Below are positions 36,524 through 53,964 of a stretch of 64,000 nt of DNA, piece by piece. Position 1 is the first letter of the stretch; every line of letters starts with the position of its first letter. Position numbers and translations under genes: made by a program. Source of the DNA: Octopus sinensis (taxonomy: Eukaryota); the NCBI RefSeq assembly GCF_006345805.1, contig NC_043020.1, positions 2,852,001 to 2,916,000 of the forward strand. The letters are read 5' to 3'. The notes beneath the pieces were generated by a model. The model did no database searches, was not told the origin of the DNA, and was given only the letters and a program-made list of their open reading frames with translations.

Positions 36524-38249
36524 CACACATATATGTATATATAGATGCACACACAGACACGCGATATATTTTATCCGTTTCCATCTATGAAACTTCAGTC
36601 ACTGGGTCAGGAGATATTTGTCCAAGATGTCCCCTGGTGAGATCAGAACTATGGAGTTGCAAAGAAAACTTTACAATTACAGTAGCATACCCCGGATGCG
36701 TGTGCGTGTGTGTCTGTCTGTCCACGTTTTACATTTATATAGATTAAATGCATATATTTTTATATGTTTACGTATTCTCTTTCTCTCCACAAACATCCAC
36801 ACATGCATGCGTGTATATATATATATATATGTAAATATATATCTATATATATATATATGCATCGTATGTATAAATATGGAGGTATGAATGTATTTTGTGT
36901 GTGTTAGTGTGTGTGTGTGTGAGGGAAAAAGAGAGAGAGAAGGAGGTGGGGGAGAAAGCGAGAAATCTGAAGTCAATTGGAATCAAAGAAATATCAGAAG
37001 TGATATCTTGAAAACCATTCGGTAACTTTAGAAGTTTGGGAGTAGAACTTGAGATGTAGAAACGATGGTGGTGGTGTGTGTGGGGGGGTGAGTATGGGGT
37101 ATGGAATTAGAGAATGGATTGTCAAAATACCATATGGTATTTAGCAGAAGGAGCAGCACTTGGTTGCCTGGAAGAAATTCTTTAAACAAGCAAAATACAC
37201 ACACACACACATACACACACTAATACGTGAGCATTCTAAAACATACACACACATAGATATACATATATATACATACATGCACACACGTGTTTGTGTCTGT
37301 CTGTGTACAAGTATAGATTTCTAAAGATTAACATAAAAATTGAACCACACACACACACACACACACACACACATTAATACATGCACACTCCAACATTCTC
37401 ATTAATATATGCATATGTATGTATGTATGTGTTTGTGTGTATGTGCATGCATGACTCTGTGTGTGTGTGTGTGTGTGCGTGGCTCAATGAATGCTTCAAT
37501 TTAGATGTTAATCTTAAAAAAATCTATACAAGCATACATATACACATTCACATTCACACATAGATACATAGATAAGCAAGCAACCGCACGTGCATGCATA
37601 GCAACATACACATAGGTCTTCTTGCACATACACATACAAACATTGACACACATCATACATACAGGCTCTCATGCATACTCACACACGCAAAGTAACCTGT
37701 GCACTCAAAAACACACATCTCCATTTATATGTTGAGTCTATGTTCAAATGGTGCAGCTGTGTGATGAGAAGTTTGCTTTCCAGCCACATGGTTCTGGGTT
37801 CAGTTCCACTGTGTGGTACCTGGGGCAAATGTCTTCTACTATAGCTTCAGGTCACCTGAAGCCTTGCGATCGAATTTAGTGGACCAAAAATAAAGGAATC
37901 CGTTATATGTGTGTCTGTGTCTTTGTCAGTATTGTCTCCATCACCACTAGACAACTGGTGTTGGTGTATTTACATCCCCATGACTTAGTGGTTCAGTAAA
38001 AGAAACCAATAGAATAAGTACTGGGCTCAATTCATTCAGCTAAAAATTCCTCAAGGCAGTGCCCCAGCATGTATATATATATATATATATAAATACGACC
38101 ATCAAGGCATTCCCAGATTTCCCCACCCCCTCTCCACATCAGCCTTCTGCTTCTCCTACCCTACCAAGAACTCACAACGACCTCGAACACACAAGTGCAA
38201 ACAAAGGAGTCAGAGAAAGGCAGAATGCCACTTATATCTGAACACTACT

Positions 38250-39180
38250 ATAGAAATATTCCTTTAAAAAAACTTTTCTTCTAATTTTTCTAAATTTAAT
38301 TATTTAATCGTTACAGTTGAAAAGGTCTCAAAATGACCGAAACCGGTACTGAAAGGTTCACTATAAAATTATCTTAGCATTTTCTATTTTTGACTTGTTT
38401 TATTCATATATATATATATATTATATATATAGGTCGTTTTAGAAAAACATAAATCCAGAGAAGAAGCACACTCCAAGTAGTAGAGGGGACTATTTAATTA
38501 CTGGTGAAGGCCAGTTTATAAGATTACCTTGGGTTTCTCATCAAAAAGGGTACCTTTATGGCATATCTTCAGACCCTTAGACCTGTTGGCCTATGGCCTC
38601 GTTAAAATATACAGAGGGGAAACAATACAGATATAAACAATTGGGATTATCTCCCTTTGGTGTTGGTCATCGGCTTCCGGCCATGTTGTCCTCCTTCAGC
38701 CATGCCACCTGTTGACCATGAGGGTAGGGGGTTATCTCCCACTCCCATCAGCAATCAATTTCCAGCTGTGGTGTAATTAACACTAATACCACTATTATTG
38801 CTATTATGGCTATTATGCAGTTCCCAAAATGCTCACAGGAAACTCGTGAAATGCAAGCACAGCCCGAAAATCTCATTTCTAGAGTTCAGTATGGCCCCTG
38901 GTATGTCCAAGTTTTTCAGGGTTTCTGTGCTTTCGGCTATGCATAGCTTGCAGTGTTTTGTTCCGTTTATATACAGACCCGGACAGTGGAGGATTTTCCA
39001 TGATGTTGAGTATGGAATTCCATCTTCCTTCAGTTTCCAGATGTGGCTGGCCAGCGATGTTACGTATCTCCTTTCTGGGACCCTGAAAGAGGATCTGTGA
39101 TTGGAAAGGTGTTTCTTAAAGGAAGTTCCCTTGCATCCAATGTATTTCCTTGGATGTGTAAAGTCAGTGTCATGCCTACC
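38250..39180 (-). mobile_element. Penelope-like element 3' part (GIY-YIG remnant plus hammerhead-bearing end)
   Basis: ORF 38833-39345 includes KYIG..GTSFK...NHRSSF....R..TSLASHIWKLK..I.Y...W.IL....Y......CKLC..E......LNSR.EI...C.H. A CTGAAGA...GAAAC..GTA motif lies ~250 nt downstream on the same strand. Confidence 0.85.
38520..38577 (-). ncRNA. Type I hammerhead ribozyme motif (core intact, stem II partly decayed)
   Basis: Minus strand: AGGGT-CTGAAGA-tatgc[CATAAAGG-tac-CCTTTTTG]atga-GAAACC-caa-GGTA-ATCTT. Stem I has 5 bp including 2 G-U pairs. Confidence 0.55.
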
Positions 39181-39980
39181 ATTGCTGTTGTTGTTGCTGG
39201 TGGTGCTACCGATGGTATTCATTCTGGTGGTACTGTAGCTGGGGCTGTTGGTGGTGGTGCCACTGGAGGTGGTGGTTATGTCGGTAGTGTTACTGCCTCT
39301 GCGTGTATTAGAGGGTTGAGATATGTGGTACATTGCTGTACTCAAGAAAACCTGCCCACCTCAACAGGGTTGATATCCTAAAACTAAGGTGCCATGTAAA
39401 AAGCACCCAGTACATTCTGTAAAGTGGTTGGTGTTAGAAAGGACCTCCATCTCTAGAAACTAAGCCAAAACAGACCATGTGACTTGGTGTGGCCCCAGGC
39501 CTGCCAGTCCCTGTCAAGCCAGCTAGCCAGCCCATGTCTGCATGGAAAATAGATATTAAATGATGATGAGGTGTGTATGTTTGTATAAGCTGGCCTCTGT
39601 GCTGATGGCACGTAAAAGCACCGTTCGAGCGTGATCGTTACCTGCGTTGCCTTACTGGCACTGGTGGTACGGGAAAAAACATTTGAGCAGGGTCTTTGCC
39701 AGTTCCGCTGGACTGGCTCCTGTGCAGGTGGCACATAAAAAGCACCATTTAGGTGTATCCACTGCCAGTACCACCTGACTGGCCCTCGTGCCAGTGGCAC
39801 ATAAAAGCACCCACTACACTCTCGGAGTGGTTGGCATTAGGAAGGGCATCCAGCTGTAGAAACTCTGCCAGATCAGATTGGAGTCTGGTGCAGCCATCTG
39901 GTTCGCCAGACCTCAGTCAAATCGTCCAACCCATGCTAGCATGGAAAGCAGACATTAAATGATGATGATGATGATATATA

Positions 39981-40201
39981 CAGTAATCCCTCGACTATCG
40001 CGGGTGTTATGTTCCCCCCCCCCATGGTAAGTGAAAATCCATGAAATAGAAACAGCACTGTACAGTATGTTTTTTGCAATTATTTTTATGACTTTTATAT
40101 ATTTATGTTATTATAACTGCAAAACAACACCATGGAGGAATTGATGTAAACTTGAATAATAAACCACGGCAGGTGAATTGTGATGTGGTGAGGGATTACT
40201 G
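39981..40201. mobile_element. pogo/Tigger-type MITE
   Basis: TA|CAGTAATCCCTCG ... GAGGGATTACTG terminal inverted repeats. Confidence 0.75.
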
Positions 40202-40451
40202 CATCTATACTTTAATATTAAAGCTGCAGAGACATTACAAAAATATCACAAAAAAAAACTGCTACTCAGATTTTCCCATTCCCATTCATTGGGCAGTTGT
40301 GATCACAACTGCCCAATGAACAGGAATGTGTAACTCTGAGTAGCAGCTCTTTTGTGATAAAGCCTATTACTCTAACTCTGGTATCCGAGTACTGTTTTGT
40401 ATCTACCTTGTTTCACATTGATGTACTCACTTGGGTATATATATATATAAT

Positions 40452-41144
40452 CCCTCTCTCACTCCAACCATCCGGTCCATCTAGGGTAGCATGGCATTTT
40501 TCAGTAACGAGGACTTTTGAAAAATCTGTCTTCATGTAGTCTTCTGTCCATTTCACTCTATTTTGCTTATGAACAGCTTTCAGAGGGGAGGGGGGAGAGA
40601 CCTTGTAACAGGTTTTCCGTTCTTGACTACCTGCTTCAAGAAGCGACACCTGGTAGATTTCAAAATGTCTTCCCTACCACAATGTTTGAACAATTCTTGA
40701 CTAGGCAGACACGTGTTCTTCACACTTTCCCTCATTATACATGACAGGGTGTGCCTGGAAACACCCCTTGATTTACCCTTGTCAGCCCTCGAACAGACAG
40801 CAGAAGACTCCACAGATTTCTTCACTGTTTGATGATCTCTTCCCAGGATCTTTGATATTTCCAATGTCATTTTTGTTTTTCTAAGCTCTGAGACGATGGT
40901 GGACTTCTCATTTAATGTTAAGTCACGTTTTTGACCCTTAATAACACTTTTATTGGGCACTTCCCTAATAATCTAGGACAGTAAAATTGTTGCTGTTTTA
41001 TGGAAATGACCACCGTTTGTTTCCATTTGTGTGGATCCAATTTATTTTACTAAAGTATGTGCAGGCAGATGTTGCCATCATTCAGTGAAAAATTATCTGG
41101 ATTCGAAGGAATAAATATTGTTTTTTTCGAAAAGTAGATCAGTG
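40452..41144 (-). mobile_element. Tc1-like transposon, 5' half
   Basis: TA|CACTGATC terminus. ORF 40580-40960 (..KRDLT..EKSTIV..L.....LEISKILGRDH.TVKK.., HTH) continues after a frameshift into HK..R.KW...YMKTDFSKVL.T....ATLDGPDGW. Confidence 0.8.
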
Positions 41145-41321
41145 TATAAAGGCATGTGTGTGTGTTTTAATCCAAAATGGAGACAAACATTAATGTTCCA
41201 CGTAATAGTTTTGATAATTATTAATGGCTTCCTTTACATGAAACCAATGGTAGACTTAATCCATAAATAAAGAATATTTATCCACCAAGGCAATGCTGAA
41301 CACTCATCCTCATTGTTTAGT

Positions 41322-41367
<46 letters not shown>

Positions 41368-43502
41368 TCATCATCATCATTGTTTAATGTCTGTTTTCCA
41401 TGCTAGCATCGGTTGGACGGGGGTCTGGGAAGCCAGGAGGCTGCACCAGGCTCCAGTCTGATCTGGCAGTGTTTCTACAGCTGGATGCCCTTCCTAACGC
41501 CAACTACTCTGTGAGTGTAGTGGGTGCTTTTTACGTGCCAGGGGAGGCTGGCAATGGCCATGATTGGTTGGTGCTTTTTACGTGCCACCGACACGGAAGC
41601 ACTGGCATCGACCACATATGGATGGTGCTTTATATATATATATATATAAGAACAGGTATGACTGTGGTAAGAAGTTTGCTTTGCAACCACATGGTTCTGA
41701 GTTCACTTCTACGATGTGGCATCGTGGGCAAGTGAGTGGCTACAGTGAGTGGATTTGATCATTAAAAAATGAAAGAAACCTGTCTCCCCATAAATTAGGT
41801 GTTCTGTGAAAGAAACTGGTGGAATAAGTACCAGGTTTATACTGGGGTTGATCCATTGAACTAATACCATTTGAGGTGGTGCTCTTGTCTAAGACTGAAA
41901 CAAGTAAAAGGTAAAGAAATAATATATATATATATGTATAAGTGCAGGAGTGACTGTATGGTAAAAAGCTTGCTTCCCAACCACATGGTTCCGGGTTCAG
42001 TCCCACTGCATGGCACCTTGGGCAAGTGTCTTCTACTATAGCCTCAGACCAACCAGAGCCTTGTGAGTGGATTTGGTAGATGGAAACTTAAAGAAACCTG
42101 TTCTACATATATATGTGTGTGTGTATATATATATGCCATAAAAACCCATGCAATTTTGTAATCTATGCACATTTTTTTTGCAAAAACAAAAATAAACTTT
42201 AGTGGGTGCATAAATTACATGAGTAGATCATTTCCAGAATTTTTACAGAAATTGTTTTTTGTTGAAAAATGATGTATGGGAAGTTGACCCATTTAATGTC
42301 AGAATAAGTTTTTACAGAAAAAATATAATGAAGTTGGCTTTTATTTATACTGGACTTATATGCTTACTTTTTCTGCATAAATTTACTAAAACCATTAAAT
42401 GGTTGACTACTTTTTGAAGTTTGACGTTCATGCTTGTACCATGGGCCAGGCCATATTTTACTTGGAGTTTCTACCTATTGCAATGGAGCCCAGCAATTTC
42501 CTTAAATAGATCAGTTTTCTCCACTTAGGGAGTGTAGCTTGCATTTGCACCAAGAAATTATTTGCTTGCTTTCTTTATGTTCTGACAGTGAAATTCTTCA
42601 CCGCTGATATCAGCCCTTACTGCATCTAACATTGACAACAACATCATAATTCATCCTTGCGTATGTAAACTCATTTACCTTGTATGATGTCGTTTCACAT
42701 TCATTTTGAATTATGTAGCAATTTGAACTCAGAATCTAAAGATGGATGAAATACCACAAAGCATTTTGCCCAGCATGCTAACGATTCTGCCAGCTCGTCG
42801 TCTTAAACACTATGTTTATATTGATTTCACATTTTTGCACAAGTTCAGCAGTTTTGGGTAAGAGGGTAAGTCAATTACATTGACCCCAGTGACCAACTGG
42901 TACTTACTTTATTGACCATGAAAGGATGAAAGGCAAAGATGACCTTGGTGGAATTTGAACTCACAATCTCTCCATGGTCAACCTGTTGGGAACTAAACTG
43001 GTAACCATGCCAACTTTGCTTCATAAAGGGTCTTGAATTTTAAGACAAATATGGTAGGACCTTATATACTTTAATGGCCTGAGATTAACCCCGAAATTAA
43101 TTGACAGAAACTCCCTATAGAGGCGAAAAACAACAAGCAAGGGATTTAGCTCTCGTAAGATCTTAATAGGAATTATTCGGCAACTAGGGTACCTGTGCCA
43201 TCAATAAGAACAGCAGGGGTTTTAGTAAACTTTGTGATGATTACATTTTGGTTTTTATGTATGAATATTTGATTTTTTTCCAATTGGAGGTATTGTTGAA
43301 AAACGTACGTGATTAAAGTTACTAATAAGAGTTTGAGGATATCAATAAAAATGTCAAAATAACAGGAAAATAAGTAAATTGTATTTATCACTCCCCAAAT
43401 ATTGCACAGGTTTGATTAGTTTTAATATGTAGAGTATCTTGCAATGAATAATTGACTCTGTTCTACATTATGTTATTTTCTACAAAACAGTTTTTATATT
43501 GT

Positions 43503-43842
43503 ACGTAAAGTATACTAGCCATATCACTATGGCTTGCAGACAGTTTTTCGAAATCAGTGACAGAAGTTACCAGAAAAACCTATAAGTATTTGCAAACGGG
43601 TCTTCCTTTCATCGTAAACTGGTGATTACCGTACGTTGACAAGAGGCAAATTACCTCGAAACTGCAGTCCGTGCATATCGCTTAGGTTTGCGAGGGAGGG
43701 ATGACCTCCCTTTGCAAATAACATAAGGGCACAGAAAGTGTGTCTAAAGCCAGCTGGAGACGATGATCTCCTGGGGCTAAAAGCTACAGTAACACCCACC
43801 CTTAGTGGTTAGCCATATTGAGATGGCTAGTATACTTTACGT
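43503..43842. mobile_element. MITE with 32-bp TIRs and apparent 3-bp TSD
   Basis: Left ACGTAAAGTATACTAGCCATATCACTATGGCT; reverse complement of right ACGTAAAGTATACTAGCCATCTCAATATGGCT (2 mismatches). TGT lies on both flanks. Confidence 0.75.
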
Positions 43843-46136
43843 TGTCAAGTGGTTACTGTTTACATCTCGTTCGGAGATTTATTATTGCTTAGTTTTTATA
43901 TTATTCTCTAATAATGTTATTGTGAAGCCACGTGGCCCAGTGGTTTAGGTGTTTGATTCATAGTTATAATGTCATAAGGTTCAATTCTTGGGCTGGGTAG
44001 TGTATTGTGTTCTTGAGCAAGACTCTTCATTTTTTGTCGCTTCAGTCTGCTTAGCTGTAATAAGTACCCTCCAGGTGCCGATGCAGCCCTCTCTCTCACT
44101 TTCTCCCCAACTGTCACATCCTGGATGTTTCCGCTAGGCCAAGGGTGGGATTTGTGTGAGGCCATCTATATCTACTTTTGACAACATCTGAAATAATGAA
44201 AGCCTGCTGCCTGCTTTCCCAAATTGTTTCAAATGCCTGTGTAACCATGCCTGCTCCCCAAAACAACAGCTGGTTACACTTTTTAATGATTTTATAAATA
44301 ATAACCTCTGTAGTCTTTTATCCATGGGAGGTAAAATAAAGAAACGAGATTGTGTGACAATTATGCCTCTTAAAACAACACAGTTTTCAAATCATTCAAA
44401 TTAAACACAAATGATTTTTGAGAAAAGATATTTATTTTCAAAGTAGGATCAAGTAACTCAGTTGGTAGTTTGCGACAAAGTTATTTCCTTTATGATGATG
44501 ATGATGATGATAGTGGTGGCGATGGAGGTGGAGGTGGTGGTGGCGGCGATGGTGGCAGTGGTGGTGGTAACTTTAAGACATGTAGATTATCTCGTGGCAC
44601 TCCCAGTTGTACAAGAGAAATTTAAACGGAATTGGAAGTGACGTGAAACAGATGGGAATTTGAACTCAATCACATCTTCTGACATTTAAGATGCTAAAAA
44701 ACACATACACGGCTATGTGTGTGTGTGTGTGTGTGTGTGCGTGCATGTGTGTGTGTGAAATTCCATATGGTGATATATATAGCTTTTATCTTTTATTTAT
44801 TTAGCCATTAGAAGGTGGCCATGCTGGGGCACTGCCTTGAAGAATTTTAGCCGAATAGATTGACCCCAGAACTTTTTTGTAAGTCTCATACTTATTCTTT
44901 ACGTCTCTTTTGCTGAATTGGTAAAATTATGGGGATGTAAACATACCAACACTGGTTGTCAAGCAGTAGGGGTGGAGAACAAGCACAAAGACACACACAA
45001 CACACACACTATATATATATATATATATATATATAAATTAAATAAATATAAATATTAAAAAATTAAAAGTTTAAAAATTTATAAATTTAAAATTTAAAAA
45101 ATATAAAAATTTATAAATAATATAAATTTTAAATTTAAATAATCTAATTTTAAATTTTATATATTTTGTATATTAATTATATTTATTTTTAAGTTTTGGT
45201 TTGATTTGCCTAATAGTGGTTTTATCTCTAATTTAATTTATATATATATATATATACCAAATATATACGTTTTTATTATTATTTTGCAATTTACTTAATC
45301 ATCAGTATATTGTTATTTTATTTTTAATATTTCTATTATATGTAATTTTCTAGATGGTGTAATTTAATTGTTCATTTTGAATTGATAAAAGGTGGTTTTC
45401 TCTAATTTTTATATATATATTTTGTGAAATTTGATATAGTATTTCTAAATTGAATTTTTCCCTGTAAGTTAGGAATAATATTCCCTCAGATAATTATATA
45501 TATATATTTATATATCTACACATATGATGGGCTTCTTTCAGTTTTGATCGGTCCATAGCTATAGTAGGAGACACTTGCCCAAGGTTCCACACAATGGGAC
45601 TGAACTCAGAACCATGTGGTTAGGATGCAAGCTTCTTATCACACTTGCACACATTTTTCAAATGGTGTACATAATCGTACATGTGGGAGTGTATTGATGG
45701 AGGCATGGCTGTGCGATTAAGAAGTTTGTTTCGCAACACCGAGGTCTCGGGTTTGATCCTGAAGTGTAGCACCCTTCAGTGAGTGCATTTACCCTAGCCC
45801 CAGAGTGACCCCAGCCATGTCAGTGAATTCAGGAAGACAGAAGCAGTGTAGAAGTGTTTCAGGAATTCAAGCATCTTATCTTGTTACACACTTGTATCAA
45901 GCAGATTTCTCTTTCACATGGCAGCTCGTTTAGCTGATAGAAAAAAGGGATGCTTATACACTGAAAATAGTGACATGAAACTGTCTTATACATACATGCA
46001 TTATGTGTGTGTGTGCATCTATATATATATATATGTCCACAGCTGCATGGCTAAAACAAGACTAAAAGAGTATATACTGGGTGGGCCAAAAGTTATGCAC
46101 CAAAACATTTGGTATTTTATTTATATTATTATCATT

Positions 46137-46682
46137 GAGTGAGAGAGCAGTGGATGCCATCAAAATGACACTGTGGTAAAATATACAAAACCCAATATAC
46201 CCATCATGACTACCCGTCTGATAAAGGTACACCAGGCACATGCATCACAACCATATGTGTGCGATATGGTGATCTCATATCAAGATAAACAGCACATGAC
46301 CTTGCAGGAGGGACCTAGTTAGAATTTTATTCTGGTTGAGTAGCCATCCTGCTCAAAAGGTCCCTGAATAAGGGTTGTTTAAGGATGTTGAATGAAACAC
46401 CCATGTTTCCAGAGGTGAATTATTCAAACCCCAAAGAATCCCTCTCAACCCATGGCTATGATGCTCCCCCACTACTTCTGCTCGTGATCAGAGATGCACA
46501 TATCGTCAGCCACCAAGGGACATGCTCAACTGGTTAAGGTCAAACAACTGACAAGCAAATCTGTGGTATTGAGCAGAATATTTGCTGTAGCCCATCTTTT
46601 ATACCAAGACAAAACAATGTACATGATAACACTTCCAATCAGTTAAGATCAGAAGCCACGAGAGCCACTGCCTGGTACTGCA
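46137..46682 (-). mobile_element. Retroposon ending in an (AAT)n tail, longest copy of a 3'-anchored family
   Basis: Shared end GAGTGAGAGAGCAGT..ATGCCATCAAA.TGACACTG follows (ATT)n here, at 33620-33900 and at about 1988-2050; an internal piece lies at about 17785-17935 in the opposite orientation. Confidence 0.7.
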
Positions 46683-47089
46683 CTATTATTATTATTATTA
46701 TTACTATTATTAGTATCTTTATTATTCATTTTGTTCATCATGTGCAGTCATCATTATTTTATTTATTTTATTCAATTTTGAAAAAAATTGAAGCATGTGT
46801 TTAACAATTCTGGAGATTATTGACCTTATCATTGCATAACTTTTGGTTTACCTTCAGTATATAAATATGCAATGTAACTATGCACGTGCCATTGGTGATT
46901 TCTTTTCCTCCTTTGGACTTTCACTTTCCTGACAAAGAGCTATGCTTGAAATGTCAAACTCTCATTTTACTGAACGTCAAACTAATGCATTCCTTGGGCA
47001 CATATCCTTGTCCATTAATTTTACTTGTTGATTTGAATTGGCAATTTACTACACCCTCACACGGACTGTCCACATTCTTCCAACACATG

Positions 47090-47832
47090 CACACACACAC
47101 ACATATACATATACACACATATATATATACATATATATATATATACATATATATATATACACATATATATATATATACATATACATATATATATATATAC
47201 ATATATATATATACATATACATATATATATACATCATGATCATCATCGTTTAGCGTCCGTTTTCCATGCTAGCATGGGTTGGACGATATATATATATACA
47301 TAAACATATATAGACACACATACATATATACACACATATATACATACACACACGTACACACATACATATATACACAGATACACACACAAACATACCTACA
47401 AACACATACACACACATGCATACCTACAAACACATACATATACACACATACACACACACACACACACACATACACACACATACATACACACACATACACA
47501 CACATACATACACATGCATACATACACATGCAAACACACACAAACATACACACACATACATACACATGTATACATACACATGCAAACACACACAAACATA
47601 CATACATACATATATACACACATATATATACATATACACATATATATACATATACACATATATACATACATACATACATACACATACATACATACATACA
47701 TACATACATACACATACATACATACATACATACATATATACATATACATACATATATATATACATATATATATACATATATATACATACATATATATATA
47801 TACATACATACATATATATACATACATACATA
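47090..47832. repeat. TA/CA/TACA compound microsatellite
   Basis: Low-complexity tract interrupted by a short family C tail at about 47240-47285. Confidence 0.9.
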
Positions 47833-48030
47833 GATGAAGATAGGTGTGTGAGAAAGTGCCAATCCCTAGCAGTTGAGGGAACCGGTGGAAGAGGTAGAAC
47901 CAGGAAAACCTGGGACGAGGTGGTGAAGCACGACCTTCGACTTTAGGCCTCACTGAGGAAATGACCAGAGACCGAGACCTTTCGAATATTCTGTACGTGA
48001 GAAGACCAGGCAGGACAAGTGAGCCCAGCC
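47833..48030 (+). mobile_element. RTE LINE 3' end
   Basis: [44 protein letters not shown] is the RTE C-terminal GRGRP..W..V..D motif. Confidence 0.8.
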
Positions 48031-48852
48031 CACTTATGAATGCCTTCCTCCCTTGGACACAAAGACCGGTTGAGGCAAGCGAAGTCGATATAGAACCTCA
48101 TCCGACGACAGACACCCATCCCAACCCCCCATGCTTGCGAAGACATTTGGGGCAAGCGAAATCGAAATCGAAATCGAAATCGAAACCGAATTGAACCAGC
48201 CAGATCCCTGGCCTGGTGGTACGTAAAAAGCACTATCCGACTCGTGGTCGTGGCACGTAAAATACTCCAATGCGACCGTACGACAGGCACCCATGCCAAC
48301 CCCCTTTGCTTGTGAAGACATGTTGGGGCAAGCGAAATCGAAAATCGAATCGAATTGAACCAGCCAGGATCCCTGGTCTGGTGGTACGTAAAAAGCACTA
48401 TCCGACTCGTGGCCGTGGCACGTAAAATACTCCAATGCGACCGTACGACAGGCACCCTTGCAAACCCCCTTTGCTTGTGAAGACATGTTGGGGCAAGCGA
48501 AATCGTAATCGAATTGAACCAGCCAGGATCCCTGGTCTGGTGGTACGTAAAAAGCACTATCCGACTCGTGGCCGATGCCAGCACCGCCTCGACTGGCTTC
48601 CGTGCCGGTGGCACATAAAATACACCAATCTGACCGTGGCCGTTGCCAGCCCCGCCTGGCACCTGTGCAGGTGGCACGTAAAAGCACCCACTACACTCAC
48701 GGAGTGGTTGGCGTTAGGAAGGGCATCCAGCTGTAGAAACATTGCCAAATTAGACTGGAGCCTGTGCAGCCTTCTGGCTTCCCAGAACCCCGGTCGAACC
48801 GTCCAACCCATGCTAGCATGGAGAACGGACGTTAAACGACGATGATGATGAT

Positions 48853-53432
<4,580 letters not shown>

Positions 53433-53964
53433 ATTAAATTAGAGATAAAACCACTGTTAGGCAAATCAAACAGTGAAAAATATAAATCTAAGTAATCTAT
53501 TTCTATTTGAGATTTTTAAATTTCTCCACATCCCTTCTATGAAATTTTTTTCACTTTTGACACTTTAGAGACATCAGGTCATTTCATCTTGTTCACAAGA
53601 TCTGATGTCTCTAAAGTGTCAAAAATGAAAAAAATTGACGATGTATGTGAGAACATTTAGGTAATTTGTTCGATTAAATCTGTTGTCACTCACTGTTGTT
53701 ACCTTTAAGCGCTGCCTCGACTGGCTTCCGTGCCGGTGGCCCATAAAATACACCAATCCTCACCTGGTACCTGTGCAGGTGGCACGTAAAAAGCACCCAC
53801 TACACTCACGGAGTGCTTGGCGTTAGGAAGGGCATCCAGCTGTAGAAACACTGCCAGATAAGACTGGAGCCAAGTGCAGCCTTCTGGCTTCCCAGATCCC
53901 CGGTCGAACCGTCCAACCCATGCTAGCATGGAGAACGGACGTTAAACGATGATGATGATGATGA

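Noticed and set aside
43173-43391. ORF with a hydrophobic stretch and a phase-1 CAG|gtaccc donor, as a possible fibulin first exon
   Set aside because: The peptide would be too long and polar for a signal exon, the donor is weak and the composition looks intronic.
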